From: Citrobacter meridianamericanus
GTDB lineage: Bacteria; Pseudomonadota; Gammaproteobacteria; Enterobacterales; Enterobacteriaceae
Length of the DNA stretch: 32,000 nt
Assembly: GCF_024023655.1 (NCBI RefSeq)
Contig: NZ_JAJJVQ010000012.1
Reading direction: 5' to 3' (one strand)
A model generated the notes under the pieces. It saw only the letters and a program-made list of their open reading frames with translations. It ran no database searches and had not been told where the DNA came from. Position 1 is the first letter of the stretch, and each line of letters starts with the position of its first letter. This document shows, piece by piece, positions 9,806 through 20,709 of this stretch. The position numbers were made by a program, and so were the translations under genes.

Positions 9806-9831
9806 GCAGTGAGGGGCTGGGCCCTCACTGC
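9806..9831 (+). other. Perfect 10-bp stem-loop in the wzzE-wecB spacer, not a canonical terminator
   Basis: GCAGTGAGGG (9806-9815) pairs with CCCTCACTGC (9822-9831) around a 6-nt loop GCTGGG. It is followed by CAATCCGAAG, with no U-tract. It starts 11 nt after the wzzE stop, and its 3' arm ends 19 nt before the wecB GTG. Confidence 0.45.
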
Positions 9832-9850
9832 CAATCCGAAGAGAATCGAT

Positions 9851-10981
9851 GTGAAAGTACTGACTGTATTTGGCACGCGACCGGAGGCTATCAAAATGGC
9901 ACCTCTGGTTCATGCGCTGGCAAAAGATCCTGATTTTGAGGCGAAAGTTTGCGTCACGGCGCAGCATCGGGAGATGCTCGATCAGGTGTTGAACCTCTTT
10001 TCCATCGTACCTGACTACGATCTCAATATTATGCAGCCAGGCCAGGGATTAACAGAAATTACCTGTCGAATACTGGAAGGATTAAAGCCAATTCTGGCTG
10101 ATTTTAAACCTGATGTGGTGTTGGTTCATGGTGATACCACAACGACCATTGCCACTAGTCTGGCTGCGTTCTATCAGCGCATCCCGGTGGGGCATGTAGA
10201 GGCTGGTTTACGTACTGGTGATCTCTACTCTCCCTGGCCGGAAGAGGCGAACCGTACGCTGACCGGGCGTCTGGCTATGTATCATTTTGCGCCAACAGAA
10301 AACTCGCGCCAAAATTTGTTACGGGAAGCTATTCCCGAAAATCGTATTTTCGTCACGGGCAATACGGTGATTGATGCGTTGATCTGGGTTCGCGACCGCG
10401 TACTGGCGAACGATGAATTGCGTGCTGAATTAGCAGAGCATTATCCTTTCCTGAGCTCTGATAAAAAGATGATCCTGGTGACCGGCCATCGTCGGGAAAG
10501 TTTTGGCCGCGGCTTTGAAAACATTTGCCACGCGCTGGCGGAAATTGCTGCGGCTAATCAGAATGTACAGATTGTCTATCCGGTACACCTCAACCCTAAC
10601 GTTAGCGAGCCGGTTAATCGAATCTTAGGTCACGTTGAAAACGTGATTCTGATTGAACCGCAGGACTATATGCCATTCGTCTGGCTGATGAATCACGCCT
10701 GGCTGATCCTTACCGACTCCGGCGGGATTCAGGAAGAAGCGCCGTCTTTGGGGAAACCTGTGCTGGTAATGCGCGAAACGACGGAGCGTCCGGAGGCCAT
10801 TACCGCTGGTACGGTACGTCTGGTGGGGACAGACCCGCAGCGTATTGTTGAAGAAGTCACGCGTTTGCTTCATAACGACGATGAATATCAAACCATGAGC
10901 CGCGCCCATAATCCGTATGGTGACGGGCAGGCATGTGACCGAATTTTACACGCGTTAAAAAATAATCGGATATCGCTATGA
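9851..10981 (+). CDS. wecB: UDP-N-acetylglucosamine 2-epimerase, 376 aa
   Basis: (V)[79 protein letters not shown] matches WecB. The in-frame GTG at 9851 gives the 376-aa homologous length; the tracked ORF start at 9809 lies inside the upstream hairpin. Confidence 0.92.
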   Translation: MKVLTVFGTRPEAIKMAPLVHALAKDPDFEAKVCVTAQHREMLDQVLNLFSIVPDYDLNIMQPGQGLTEITCRILEGLKPILADFKPDVVLVHGDTTTTIATSLAAFYQRIPVGHVEAGLRTGDLYSPWPEEANRTLTGRLAMYHFAPTENSRQNLLREAIPENRIFVTGNTVIDALIWVRDRVLANDELRAELAEHYPFLSSDKKMILVTGHRRESFGRGFENICHALAEIAAANQNVQIVYPVHLNPNVSEPVNRILGHVENVILIEPQDYMPFVWLMNHAWLILTDSGGIQEEAPSLGKPVLVMRETTERPEAITAGTVRLVGTDPQRIVEEVTRLLHNDDEYQTMSRAHNPYGDGQACDRILHALKNNRISL

Positions 10982-12240
10982 GTTTTACGACCATTTCTGT
11001 CATTGGGCTGGGTTATATCGGACTGCCAACGGCGGCTGCCTTTGCTTCCCGTCAAAAACATGTGATTGGCGTAGATGTAAATCAGCATGCGGTGGACACC
11101 ATTAACCGCGGGGAAATTCACATCGTTGAGCCCGATCTGGGGGCGGTGGTGAAAACGGCGGTTGAAAACGGATTTCTGCGAGCGGTCACTACGCCCGTCG
11201 AAGCTGACGCTTATCTGATCGCCGTGCCGACTCCATTCAAGGGTGAGCATGATCCCGATATGGCCTACGTTGAAGCCGCGGCGAAGTCCCTTGCACCGGT
11301 GTTGAAAAAAGGCGCCCTGGTGATCCTTGAATCGACGTCACCCGTCGGGGCAACGGAACAGATGGCTGCATGGCTTGCAGAAATGCGGCCCGATCTGACT
11401 TTCCCGCAACAGGTTGGTGACCAGGCTGACGTCAATATTGCCTATTGCCCTGAACGCGTGCTGCCGGGTCAGGTGATGGTTGAGCTGATTAAAAACGACC
11501 GAGTGATTGGGGGCATGACCCCAGTCTGTTCTGCACGCGCCAGTGAGCTGTACAACATCTTCCTTGAAGGAGAATGTGTCGTGACCAACGCGCGCACAGC
11601 GGAAATGTGCAAGCTCACGGAAAATAGCTTCCGCGACGTCAATATCGCCTTCGCTAATGAACTATCGCTGATTTGCGCCGAACAGGGGATTAACGTCTGG
11701 GAACTGATTCGCCTGGCAAATCGTCATCCGCGTGTGAATATTTTGCAGCCTGGCCCGGGCGTAGGTGGGCACTGTATCGCGGTCGATCCGTGGTTTATCG
11801 TGGCGCAGAACCCGCAACAGGCGAAATTAATCCGCACTGCGCGTGAGGTCAATGATGGTAAGCCTCATTGGGTGGTCGAGCGTGTTAAGGCTGCCGTGGC
11901 CGACTGTTTGGCGGACACCAATAAACGCGCCAGCGAAGTGAAAATTGCCTGTTTTGGCCTGGCATTCAAACCGAATATTGATGATTTGCGTGAAAGCCCG
12001 GCGATGGGAATTGCGCAACATATCGCGCAATGGCACAAAGGTGAAACGCTGGTGGTGGAACCGAATATCCGTCAACTGCCGAAAAAACTGGATGGTCTTT
12101 GCCAGCTGGCGGCACTGGATGATGCGCTGGCAAGTGCCGATGTGTTAGTCATGCTGGTCGACCATAATGAATTTAAAGCCATTGAAGGCGATGCGGTACA
12201 ACAGCAGTATGTGGTTGATACCAAAGGGGTCTGGCGCTAA
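10978..12240 (+). CDS. wecC: UDP-N-acetyl-D-mannosamine dehydrogenase, 420 aa
   Basis: [27 protein letters not shown] (Rossmann GxGxxG) and the UDP-sugar dehydrogenase family signature. ATGA overlap with the wecB stop. Position and length are as in E. coli. Confidence 0.93.
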   Translation: MSFTTISVIGLGYIGLPTAAAFASRQKHVIGVDVNQHAVDTINRGEIHIVEPDLGAVVKTAVENGFLRAVTTPVEADAYLIAVPTPFKGEHDPDMAYVEAAAKSLAPVLKKGALVILESTSPVGATEQMAAWLAEMRPDLTFPQQVGDQADVNIAYCPERVLPGQVMVELIKNDRVIGGMTPVCSARASELYNIFLEGECVVTNARTAEMCKLTENSFRDVNIAFANELSLICAEQGINVWELIRLANRHPRVNILQPGPGVGGHCIAVDPWFIVAQNPQQAKLIRTAREVNDGKPHWVVERVKAAVADCLADTNKRASEVKIACFGLAFKPNIDDLRESPAMGIAQHIAQWHKGETLVVEPNIRQLPKKLDGLCQLAALDDALASADVLVMLVDHNEFKAIEGDAVQQQYVVDTKGVWR

Positions 12241-13307
12241 TGAAACGAATTCTGGTTACCGGTGGAGCGGGATTCATCGGCTCTGCAGTTGTACGGCATA
12301 TCATTCATGAGACAAAGGATGCGGTGGTGGTGGTCGATAAGCTGACCTACGCCGGAAACCTGATGTCGCTGGAGCCGGTTGCACAGAATCCCCGTTTTGC
12401 CTTTGAGAAAGTGGATATCTGCGATCGGGCATCTCTCGACAGAGTGTTTCAACAATATCAGCCGGACTGTGTGATGCATCTGGCTGCAGAAAGCCATGTT
12501 GACCGCTCCATTGATGGGCCGGCCGCATTTATCGAAACTAACATTGTGGGAACTTACACGCTGTTAGAAGCGGCGCGCGCGTACTGGAGTGCATTAACCA
12601 GCGAGGAAAAAGCCGCATTTCGGTTCCACCATATCTCGACGGATGAGGTGTATGGTGATCTCCATTCTACCGATGATTTCTTCACAGAAACCACGCCGTA
12701 TGCGCCGAGTAGCCCTTATTCTGCGTCGAAAGCCAGCAGCGATCATCTGGTCCGCGCCTGGCTGCGTACCTACGGTCTGCCAACGCTGATTACCAATTGC
12801 TCCAACAACTATGGTCCGTACCATTTCCCGGAAAAACTGATTCCGCTAATGATCCTCAACGGACTGGCGGGGAAACCGTTGCCGGTGTACGGCAATGGGC
12901 AACAAATCCGTGACTGGTTATATGTAGAAGATCATGCCAGGGCGCTCTGGTGTGTGGCGACGGCGGGCGTGGTTGGAGAAACCTATAATATTGGTGGTCA
13001 TAACGAGCGTAAAAACCTGGATGTCGTCGAAACAGTTTGCAGCCTGTTGGAAGAGCTGGCGCCGCATAAACCGCAGGGCATTGCGCAGTACCGCGATTTG
13101 ATCGCTTTTGTGGACGATCGCCCAGGTCATGATTTGCGTTACGCCATTGATGCTTCAAAAATAGCGCGTGAACTAGGTTGGATGCCGCAGGAAACGTTTG
13201 AAAGCGGAATGCGCAAAACCGTGCAGTGGTATCTGGATAATCAAGCATGGTGGAAACCCGTGCAGGACGGCAGTTACCAGGGCGAACGTTTAGGTCTGAA
13301 GGGCTAA
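12240..13307 (+). CDS. rffG: dTDP-glucose 4,6-dehydratase 2, 355 aa
   Basis: [22 protein letters not shown]... with the SDR motifs ([18 protein letters not shown]). TAATG overlap with the wecC stop. Confidence 0.93.
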   Translation: MKRILVTGGAGFIGSAVVRHIIHETKDAVVVVDKLTYAGNLMSLEPVAQNPRFAFEKVDICDRASLDRVFQQYQPDCVMHLAAESHVDRSIDGPAAFIETNIVGTYTLLEAARAYWSALTSEEKAAFRFHHISTDEVYGDLHSTDDFFTETTPYAPSSPYSASKASSDHLVRAWLRTYGLPTLITNCSNNYGPYHFPEKLIPLMILNGLAGKPLPVYGNGQQIRDWLYVEDHARALWCVATAGVVGETYNIGGHNERKNLDVVETVCSLLEELAPHKPQGIAQYRDLIAFVDDRPGHDLRYAIDASKIARELGWMPQETFESGMRKTVQWYLDNQAWWKPVQDGSYQGERLGLKG

Positions 13308-13340
13308 CAGCCTGGTTTTGGCTCCCGGAGGAGACAACGC

Positions 13341-14222
13341 ATGAAAGGTATCATTCTGGCGGGTGGTTCAGGTACTCGCCTGTATCCCATCACGCGCGGC
13401 GTATCGAAGCAACTGTTACCCATTTACGATAAGCCGATGATTTACTACCCGCTATCGGTACTGATGCTGGCGGGAATTCGCGAAATCCTGATTATCACTA
13501 CCCCGGAAGATAAAGGGTATTTCCAGCGTTTACTGGGTGATGGCTCTGAGTTCGGCATTGAATTGCAGTATGCTGAGCAGCCGAGCCCGGATGGATTAGC
13601 GCAGGCGTTTATTATTGGCGAAACGTTTCTTAACGGTGAACCATCGTGTCTGGTGTTAGGGGACAATATCTTCTTTGGTCAGGGATTTAGTCCAAAACTG
13701 CGTCATGTGGCTGCCCGAACGCAAGGCGCGACGGTGTTTGGCTATCAGGTGATGGATCCTGAACGTTTTGGTGTTGTTGAGTTTGACGAAAATTTTCGCG
13801 CAGTCTCACTGGAAGAGAAGCCGAAAGAACCGAAGTCTAACTGGGCGGTGACAGGACTCTATTTCTATGACAGTAAAGTGGTGGAATATGCAAAACGCGT
13901 AAAACCGTCTGAGCGTGGAGAACTGGAGATTACGTCCATTAACCAGATGTATCTTGATGACGGACACCTGACGGTAGAGTTGCTTGGGCGTGGTTTTGCC
14001 TGGCTGGATACCGGTACGCATGACAGTTTGATCGAAGCGAGTACTTTTGTGCAGACGGTAGAGAAACGCCAGGGCTTTAAAATAGCCTGTCTGGAAGAAA
14101 TCGCCTGGCGTAACGGTTGGCTGGATGACGAAGGCGTGAAGCGTGCCGCCAGTTCACTGGCCAAAACGGGCTATGGCCAATATTTGTTGGAGCTGCTCCG
14201 TGCTCGTCCGCGCCAGTATTGA
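13341..14222 (+). CDS. rffH: Glucose-1-phosphate thymidylyltransferase 2, 293 aa
   Basis: [57 protein letters not shown] is the canonical RmlA/RffH N-terminus. GGAGGA SD at 13327-13332. Confidence 0.93.
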   Translation: MKGIILAGGSGTRLYPITRGVSKQLLPIYDKPMIYYPLSVLMLAGIREILIITTPEDKGYFQRLLGDGSEFGIELQYAEQPSPDGLAQAFIIGETFLNGEPSCLVLGDNIFFGQGFSPKLRHVAARTQGATVFGYQVMDPERFGVVEFDENFRAVSLEEKPKEPKSNWAVTGLYFYDSKVVEYAKRVKPSERGELEITSINQMYLDDGHLTVELLGRGFAWLDTGTHDSLIEASTFVQTVEKRQGFKIACLEEIAWRNGWLDDEGVKRAASSLAKTGYGQYLLELLRARPRQY

Positions 14223-14877
14223 GCCGCTTAGCTGGGAAAATACGTTCTTTGGCGTCAATAGCGCCATTGTACGTTTTGACCAACATGCGCCGGTTCTGAC
14301 TGCGAATGCGTTGCAGTCCTGGTCGCGGGTACAGGCAAAAATTCCTGCCGCAAATAGCCATGAATTAGATGGCTTACAGCAGTTGGGATTCTCACTGGTA
14401 GAAGGTGAAGTGGATTTTGTACTGCCGGTGACCTGTTTCAGCGGCAACCCCGGTGCGCAGGTCGCACAACCTGAGGATATCCCGGCATTACGCCAACTGG
14501 CAGGCCAGGCGTTTGCGCAAAGTCGTTTTCGCACTCCGTGGTATCCCGCAGATGCCAGTGCGCGTTTTTACGCGCAGTGGATCGAAAACGCGGTGCTGGG
14601 GACGTTCGATCATCAATGCCTCATTTTTCGTAAACCGACAGGTGAAATTCGTGGCTATGTCTCGCTGCGTGAACTGAATGCGACCGAGGCCCGAATTGGT
14701 CTGCTGGCCGGGCGTGGTGTGGGCGCAGAACTGATGCAGGCGGCGCTTTGTTGGGCACAGGCTCGCGGTAAAACAACATTGCGCGTGGCGACCCAAATGG
14801 GCAACACCGCCGCGCTTAAACGTTACATACACAGTGGTGCGAATGTGGAAAGCACCGCGTATTGGTTATACAGGTGA
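14200..14877 (+). CDS. wecD: dTDP-fucosamine acetyltransferase (GNAT), ~225 aa from the GTG at 14200
   Basis: (V)[24 protein letters not shown]...[55 protein letters not shown] aligns with E. coli WecD/RffC (starts M.VRASIEPL). The GTG at 14200 is in frame and overlaps the rffH 3' end by 23 nt. The tracked ORF extends upstream to an ATG at 14143, which homology does not support. Confidence 0.85.
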   Translation: MLVRASIEPLSWENTFFGVNSAIVRFDQHAPVLTANALQSWSRVQAKIPAANSHELDGLQQLGFSLVEGEVDFVLPVTCFSGNPGAQVAQPEDIPALRQLAGQAFAQSRFRTPWYPADASARFYAQWIENAVLGTFDHQCLIFRKPTGEIRGYVSLRELNATEARIGLLAGRGVGAELMQAALCWAQARGKTTLRVATQMGNTAALKRYIHSGANVESTAYWLYR

Positions 14878-14881
14878 AACG

Positions 14882-16012
14882 ATGATTCCATTTAACGCAC
14901 CGCCGGTGGTGGGAACTGAACTTGATTACATGCAGTCCGCGATGAACAGCGGCAAACTGTGTGGTGATGGCGGCTTTACCCGCCGCTGTCAGCAATGGTT
15001 GGAGCAGCATTTTGGCAGCGAGAAAGTGCTGCTGACACCCTCCTGTACCGCATCGCTTGAGATGGCGGCATTACTGCTGGATATCCAACCTGGTGATGAA
15101 GTCATTATGCCAAGCTACACGTTTGTCTCCACGGCCAATGCCTTCGTGCTGCGCGGGGCAAAAATCGTCTTTGTTGATATCCGCCCGGATACCATGAACA
15201 TGGACGAAACGCTGATTGAAGCGGCAATTACCGACAAAACCCGCGCGATTGTGCCAGTACATTACGCGGGCGTGGCCTGCGAAATGGATACCATTATGGC
15301 GCTGGCGACAAAGTACAACCTGTTTGTAGTGGAAGATGCCGCTCAGGGCGTCATGTCAACCTACAAAGGTCGGGCGCTGGGGACAATTGGTCACATTGGC
15401 TGCTTTAGCTTCCATGAAACCAAAAACTATACCGCAGGCGGTGAAGGTGGTGCGACGCTGATTAATGATAAAAAATTAGTCGAACGCGCAGAGATCATCC
15501 GTGAAAAAGGCACCAACCGCAGCCAGTTTTTCCGCGGTCAGGTAGACAAATATACCTGGCGTGATATCGGCTCCAGCTATCTGATGTCCGATCTGCAGGC
15601 CGCCTATCTGTGGGCGCAACTGGAAGCGGCGGACCGCATTAACCAGCAGCGTCTGGCGCTGTGGCAGAATTATTACGATGCCCTCGAACCGCTGGCGCGT
15701 GCCGGACGGATTGACCTGCCTTGTGTTCCGGAAAGCTGCGTGCAAAATGCCCATATGTTTTATATCAAGCTGCGCGATATCGACGATCGCACCGCGTTGA
15801 TTAACTTCCTGAAAGAAGCCGAAATTATGGCGGTGTTCCACTATATCCCGCTGCATGATTGCCCGGCTGGCGATAAATTTGGCGTGTTTGCCGGTGTTGA
15901 TCGTTACACCACCAAAGAGAGCGAGCGCCTGCTGCGTTTACCGCTGTTCTATAACCTGTCACCGGTTAATCAGCGAACGGTAATTTCGACCTTACTCAAC
16001 TATTTCGCCTGA
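14882..16012 (+). CDS. wecE: dTDP-4-amino-4,6-dideoxygalactose transaminase, 376 aa
   Basis: MIPFNAPPVVGTELDYMQSAM.SGKLCGDGGFTRRCQQWLEQ.FGS.KVLLTPSCTASLEMAALLLDIQPGDEVIMPSYTFVSTANAF matches WecE/RffA. The ATG at 14882 gives the homologous length; the tracked ORF begins at 14834. Confidence 0.93.
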   Translation: MIPFNAPPVVGTELDYMQSAMNSGKLCGDGGFTRRCQQWLEQHFGSEKVLLTPSCTASLEMAALLLDIQPGDEVIMPSYTFVSTANAFVLRGAKIVFVDIRPDTMNMDETLIEAAITDKTRAIVPVHYAGVACEMDTIMALATKYNLFVVEDAAQGVMSTYKGRALGTIGHIGCFSFHETKNYTAGGEGGATLINDKKLVERAEIIREKGTNRSQFFRGQVDKYTWRDIGSSYLMSDLQAAYLWAQLEAADRINQQRLALWQNYYDALEPLARAGRIDLPCVPESCVQNAHMFYIKLRDIDDRTALINFLKEAEIMAVFHYIPLHDCPAGDKFGVFAGVDRYTTKESERLLRLPLFYNLSPVNQRTVISTLLNYFA

Positions 16013-16013
16013 T

Positions 16014-17264
16014 ATGTCGCTTGCAAAAGCGTCCTTGTGGACGGCGGCCAGTACGCTGGTAAAAATCGGTGCGGGTTTGCTGGTCGTGAAGCTGCTGGCA
16101 GTGTCATTTGGTCCGGCTGGCGTGGGGCAGGCGGGCAACTTCCGTCAGATGGTCACCGTGCTTGGCGTGTTAGCGGGGGCCGGCATTTTTAACGGCGTCA
16201 CGAAATACGTTGCGCAGCACCATGATGACCCGGCACGATTGCGGAGGGTAGTCGGTACCTCTTCCGCAATGGTGTTGGGATTCTCTACCCTAATGGCGGT
16301 GATTTTTTTGCTGGCAGCCGCGCCTATCAGTCAGGGGTTATTTGGCCATACTCATTATCAGGGGCTGGTACGACTGGTTGCGCTGGTGCAGATGGGTATT
16401 GCATGGGCGAATCTACTGCTGGCGCTGATGAAGGGTTTCCGCGATGCGGCGGGTAACGCGCTGTCGCTAATTGTGGGTAGCCTGGTAGGCGTGGTGGCTT
16501 ATTATGGCTGTTATCGCCTGGGTGGGTATGAGGGGGCCTTGCTGGGGCTGGCGCTGGTTCCTGCGCTGGTGGTTATCCCAGCAGCCATCATGCTGATTAA
16601 GCGTGGCACTATTCCTCTGCATTACCTGAAGCCTTCGTGGGATAACGGTCTGGCAGGGCAGCTAAGCAAGTTTACGCTGATGGCGCTGATTACCTCCATA
16701 ACGCTACCTGTCGCATATGTGATGATGCGAAACCTGCTGGCGGCGCAGTACGGCTGGGATGATGTGGGGATCTGGCAAGGGGTAAGCAGTATTTCCGATG
16801 CTTACCTGCAATTTATCACCGCCTCATTTAGCGTTTACTTGCTGCCGACATTGTCGCGTTTGACCGAAAAGCGCGACATTACACGCGAAGTGATCAAGTC
16901 GTTGAAGTTTGTGTTGCCGGCGGTTGCCGCCGCAAGCTTTAGTGTTTGGCTACTGCGTGACTTTGCTATCTGGCTGCTTTTCTCCGCTAAATTCACCGCG
17001 ATGCGCGACCTGTTTGCCTGGCAACTGGTCGGCGATGTGCTGAAAGTGGGGGCGTATGTCTTTGGGTATCTGGTGATCGCGAAAGCGTCGCTGCGGTTTT
17101 ATATTTTGGCTGAAATTAGCCAGTTCATATTATTGACGGCGTTTGCTCATTGGTTGATCCCTGCTCACGGTGCGCTGGGCGCGGCACAGGCGTATATGGC
17201 AACGTACATCGTCTATTTTTCTCTTTGTTGTGGCGTATTTTTACTCTGGCGTAGGCGGGCATGA
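16014..17264 (+). CDS. wzxE: ECA lipid III flippase (Wzx family), 416 aa
   Basis: Polytopic membrane protein, [45 protein letters not shown]..., in the position and of the length of WzxE. The start lies 1 nt after the wecE stop. Confidence 0.9.
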   Translation: MSLAKASLWTAASTLVKIGAGLLVVKLLAVSFGPAGVGQAGNFRQMVTVLGVLAGAGIFNGVTKYVAQHHDDPARLRRVVGTSSAMVLGFSTLMAVIFLLAAAPISQGLFGHTHYQGLVRLVALVQMGIAWANLLLALMKGFRDAAGNALSLIVGSLVGVVAYYGCYRLGGYEGALLGLALVPALVVIPAAIMLIKRGTIPLHYLKPSWDNGLAGQLSKFTLMALITSITLPVAYVMMRNLLAAQYGWDDVGIWQGVSSISDAYLQFITASFSVYLLPTLSRLTEKRDITREVIKSLKFVLPAVAAASFSVWLLRDFAIWLLFSAKFTAMRDLFAWQLVGDVLKVGAYVFGYLVIAKASLRFYILAEISQFILLTAFAHWLIPAHGALGAAQAYMATYIVYFSLCCGVFLLWRRRA

Positions 17265-18340
17265 CTGTACTGATTCACGTTTTGGGATCGGATATCCCTC
17301 ACCATAATCAAACCGTGCTGCGGTTTTTCAACGACTCGCTGGCCGCAACCAGCGAGCACGCGCGCTCGTTTATGGTTGCAGGTCCGGATGCGGGATTCAG
17401 TGAGAGCTGCCCGGCGTTATCGCTGAGTTTCTACAGCGGGAAAAAGGCGTTGGCTGAAGCGGTTATCGCGAAAGCAAAAGCGGATCGCCAACAGCGCTTC
17501 TTCTTCCACGGTCAGTTCAATACCAGCCTGTGGCTGGCGCTGCTGAGCGGGGGAATTAAACCGACGCAGTTTAACTGGCATATCTGGGGCGCAGATTTAT
17601 ACGAAGTCTCCAGTGGACTGAAATTCCGCCTGTTTTACCCGATTCGTCGCATGGCGCAGAACCGTGTGGGCTGCGTATTTGCCACGCGTGGTGACTTGAG
17701 CTATTTCGCCGGACAACATCCGCGCGTGCGTGGTGAGTTGCTCTATTTCCCAACGCGAATGGATCCCAGACTCAATAATATGAGCAGTGAATGTCAGCGT
17801 AGCGGCAAGATGACGGTGTTGGTTGGCAACTCAGGCGATCGCAGCAATGAGCATGTTGCCGCGCTACGCGCTGTTCATCAGCAGTTCGGCGACACGGTGA
17901 ACGTGATTGTGCCGATGGGTTACCCCGCTAATAATACGGCCTACATCGATGAGGTTCGCCAGGCGGGGCTGGCATTATTTAGCGCTGATAATCTGCAAAT
18001 TTTAAGTGAAAAACTGGAATTTGATGCCTATCTGGCATTATTGCGTCAGTGTGATTTGGGGTACTTCATTTTTGCCCGTCAGCAAGGGATCGGTACTCTG
18101 TGTTTGCTGATTCAGGCCGGTATTCCTTGCGTGCTGAATCGTGAAAATCCCTTCTGGCAGGATATGGTAGAGCAGAATCTCCCGGTGTTATTTACCACTG
18201 ATGAGCTCAATGAAGACGTCGTACGCGAAGCGCAGCGCCAGTTGGCATCGGTAGATAAAAATACAATCACCTTCTTTAGCCCTAATTATCTGCAGCCGTG
18301 GCATAACGCGCTGCGCATTGCTTCAGGAGAAATCGTATGA
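17261..18340 (+). CDS. wecF: TDP-Fuc4NAc:lipid II Fuc4NAc transferase, 359 aa
   Basis: [25 protein letters not shown]... matches WecF/RffT in sequence, length and position. ATGA overlap with wzxE. Confidence 0.9.
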   Translation: MTVLIHVLGSDIPHHNQTVLRFFNDSLAATSEHARSFMVAGPDAGFSESCPALSLSFYSGKKALAEAVIAKAKADRQQRFFFHGQFNTSLWLALLSGGIKPTQFNWHIWGADLYEVSSGLKFRLFYPIRRMAQNRVGCVFATRGDLSYFAGQHPRVRGELLYFPTRMDPRLNNMSSECQRSGKMTVLVGNSGDRSNEHVAALRAVHQQFGDTVNVIVPMGYPANNTAYIDEVRQAGLALFSADNLQILSEKLEFDAYLALLRQCDLGYFIFARQQGIGTLCLLIQAGIPCVLNRENPFWQDMVEQNLPVLFTTDELNEDVVREAQRQLASVDKNTITFFSPNYLQPWHNALRIASGEIV

Positions 18341-19692
18341 GCCTGATGCAATTTAGCGGCCTGCTGGTGGTATGGTTGCTTTCCACCTTGTTTATCGCCA
18401 CGCTGACCTGGTTCGAATTCCGTCGCGTACGTTTTAACTTCAACGTTTTCTTTTCGCTGCTGTTTTTGCTGACGTTCTTTTTTGGATTCCCGTTGACCAG
18501 CATCCTGGTGTTCCGTTTTGATGTGGCTGTCGCTCCACCGGAGATCTTGCTGCAGGCCTTGCTGTCAGCCGCCTGTTTCTATGCCGTCTACTATGTGACG
18601 TATAAAACGCGATTGCGTAAGCGAGTAGAGGGTAAGCCGCGCAGGCCGCTGTTTACTATTAACCGCGTTGAAGCCCATTTGACCTGGATTATCCTGATGG
18701 CGATTGCGTTGGTAAGCGTAGGCGTCTTCTTTATGAACAACGGATTCCTGCTGTTCAGACTGCAATCCTACAGCCAGATTTTTTCCAGCGAAGTCTCTGG
18801 GGTCGCTCTGAAGCGTTTCTTCTACTTCTTCATTCCGGCCATGCTGGTCGTCTATTTCCTGCGTCAGGACAGCAAAGCGTGGTTGTTCTTCCTGGTAAGC
18901 ACCGTCGCGTTTGGTTTGCTGACCTATATGATTGTGGGCGGGACACGCGCCAATATCATTATTGCGTTTGCCATCTTCCTGTTTATCGGCATTATTCGCG
19001 GCTGGATTTCGCTGTGGATGCTGGCCGCTGCGGGTGTGTTGGGTATTGTCGGAATGTTCTGGCTTGCGCTGAAGCGCTACGGAATGAACGTCAGCGGAGA
19101 TGAGGCGTTCTATACGTTCTTGTATCTTACGCGCGACACTTTCTCGCCGTGGGAGAATCTGGCGCTGTTGCTGCAAAATTACCACAATATTGAGTTCCAG
19201 GGGCTGGCGCCGATTGTTCGTGACTTCTATGTCTTTATCCCTTCCTGGCTGTGGCCAGGGCGGCCGAGTATTGTTCTCAACTCAGCGAACTACTTTACCT
19301 GGGAAGTGTTGAATAACCACTCGGGACTGGCGATTTCGCCGACGCTAATTGGTTCTCTGGTGGTGATGGGCGGGGCGCTGTTTATTCCGTTAGGCGCGAT
19401 TGTCGTCGGGTTAATTATTAAATGGTTCGACTGGTTGTATGAGTTAGGCAATCGCGAAGCTAATCGCTATAAGGCGGCGATTCTGCACAGTTTCTGTTTT
19501 GGTGCCATTTTCAATATGATCGTTTTGGCACGTGAAGGACTGGATTCGTTTGTCTCACGAGTAGTCTTTTTCCTCGTGATTTTTGGCGTTTGTCTGCTGG
19601 TAGCAAAATTGCTGTTCTGGCTATTCGATAGTGCGGGACTCATCCATAAACGAATAAAATCGCTGCCCCGGACACAGATTGAAGGATCGTAA
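18337..19692 (+). CDS. wzyE: ECA polymerase, 451 aa
   Basis: Highly hydrophobic polytopic protein, [54 protein letters not shown]..., in the position of WzyE. ATGA overlap with wecF. Confidence 0.9.
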   Translation: MSLMQFSGLLVVWLLSTLFIATLTWFEFRRVRFNFNVFFSLLFLLTFFFGFPLTSILVFRFDVAVAPPEILLQALLSAACFYAVYYVTYKTRLRKRVEGKPRRPLFTINRVEAHLTWIILMAIALVSVGVFFMNNGFLLFRLQSYSQIFSSEVSGVALKRFFYFFIPAMLVVYFLRQDSKAWLFFLVSTVAFGLLTYMIVGGTRANIIIAFAIFLFIGIIRGWISLWMLAAAGVLGIVGMFWLALKRYGMNVSGDEAFYTFLYLTRDTFSPWENLALLLQNYHNIEFQGLAPIVRDFYVFIPSWLWPGRPSIVLNSANYFTWEVLNNHSGLAISPTLIGSLVVMGGALFIPLGAIVVGLIIKWFDWLYELGNREANRYKAAILHSFCFGAIFNMIVLAREGLDSFVSRVVFFLVIFGVCLLVAKLLFWLFDSAGLIHKRIKSLPRTQIEGS

Positions 19693-20432
19693 TGACAGAT
19701 AACACAACAGCGCCACTCTATTCGCTGCGCGGGCTACAACTGATTGGCTGGCGCGATATGCAGCATGCGCTAAATTACCTGTTTGCCGAGGGACATCTCA
19801 GGCAGGGGACACTGGTGGCGATCAACGCCGAGAAAATGCTGACGGCAGAAGATAACCCTGAAGTGCGGGAATTGATCAACGCCGCTGAGTTCAAATATGC
19901 GGATGGCATTAGCGTGGTGCGTTCAGTGCGCAAAAAATTCCCGCAGGCGCAGGTTTCACGCGTGGCGGGGGCTGATCTGTGGGAAGCGCTGATGGCGCGA
20001 GCCGGGCAGGAGGGAACGCCGGTATTCCTGATTGGCGGTAAGCCTGACGTTCTGGCGCAAACAGAAGCCAAACTGCGTGCGCAGTGGCGCGTGAACATAG
20101 TGGGTAGCCAGGACGGGTATTTTACCCCGGAGCAGCGTCAGGCGTTGTTTGAGCGTATCCACACCAGCGGTGCGCAAATTGTGACGGTGGCGATGGGCTC
20201 GCCGAAACAAGAGATCTTTATGCGTGATTGCCGCAAGACTCACCCAGAAGCGCTGTATATGGGCGTGGGTGGTACCTACGACGTCTTTACCGGTCACGTT
20301 AAGCGCGCACCTAAAATTTGGCAGAATCTGGGTCTGGAGTGGCTGTATCGCTTACTGTCGCAGCCAAGCCGCATCACTCGTCAACTGCGCTTATTGCGTT
20401 ATCTCCGCTGGCACTATACCGGCAACCTCTGA
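19692..20432 (+). CDS. wecG: UDP-ManNAcA:lipid I ManNAcA transferase, 246 aa
   Basis: WecG/TagA/CpsF-family sequence (...[34 protein letters not shown]...[31 protein letters not shown]). TAATG overlap with wzyE. It is the last gene of the cluster. Confidence 0.9.
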   Translation: MTDNTTAPLYSLRGLQLIGWRDMQHALNYLFAEGHLRQGTLVAINAEKMLTAEDNPEVRELINAAEFKYADGISVVRSVRKKFPQAQVSRVAGADLWEALMARAGQEGTPVFLIGGKPDVLAQTEAKLRAQWRVNIVGSQDGYFTPEQRQALFERIHTSGAQIVTVAMGSPKQEIFMRDCRKTHPEALYMGVGGTYDVFTGHVKRAPKIWQNLGLEWLYRLLSQPSRITRQLRLLRYLRWHYTGNL

Positions 20433-20448
20433 CACCTTCTCTTCTCTG

Positions 20449-20482
20449 ATAAGTAGCGTTTTCTACTAATTACGCTACTTAT
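20449..20482 (+). terminator. Hairpin after wecG, possible end of the ECA operon transcript
   Basis: ATAAGTAGCGT (20449-20459) pairs perfectly with ACGCTACTTAT (20472-20482) around a 12-nt loop. The downstream TCACCACATT is not a good U-tract, so terminator function is uncertain. Confidence 0.35.
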
Positions 20483-20688
20483 TCACCACATTATCGCTGC
20501 TTTATCGCACAATCCATCTATTTTTTGAATGCTTTAATTGCCATTTAAGCGATTTTAGGAAACCATTCGCAACAATCATTCCAGTGCCGTGGAGTTTTGA
20601 CGCCAACCGCTAAGCGGTCGGTGTCGTGTGGCCTGTTATGGCATAACAAGATGTACCCATAACGAGAACCGGTAATACCGGACAGCAT

Positions 20689-20709
20689 GCAAACACAACA
20701 AGAGGATTT
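20689..20709 (+). promoter_or_regulatory. CA-rich translation-enhancer / GcvB sRNA target region plus the SD of yifK
   Basis: GCAAACACAACAAGAGGATTT lies immediately before the ATG. There are three ACA motifs (20693-20700) directly upstream of the SD AGAGGA. Its reverse complement GTTGTGTTTGC is the kind of G/U-rich string carried by GcvB region R1. Published Salmonella work describes yifK ACA motifs silenced by GcvB. Confidence 0.5.

Noticed and set aside
18565-19185. A 206-aa minus-strand ORF inside wzyE. Similar long antisense ORFs occur at 4483-4983 (in rhlB), 8953-9459 (in wzzE), 21214-21696 (in yifK), 27625-28167 and 28564-29022 (in cyaA), and 721-1188 (in rep).
   Set aside because: All are shadow ORFs opposite well-supported conserved genes. 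They have odd Arg/His/Gln-rich composition, no ribosome-binding sites and no recognisable domains.
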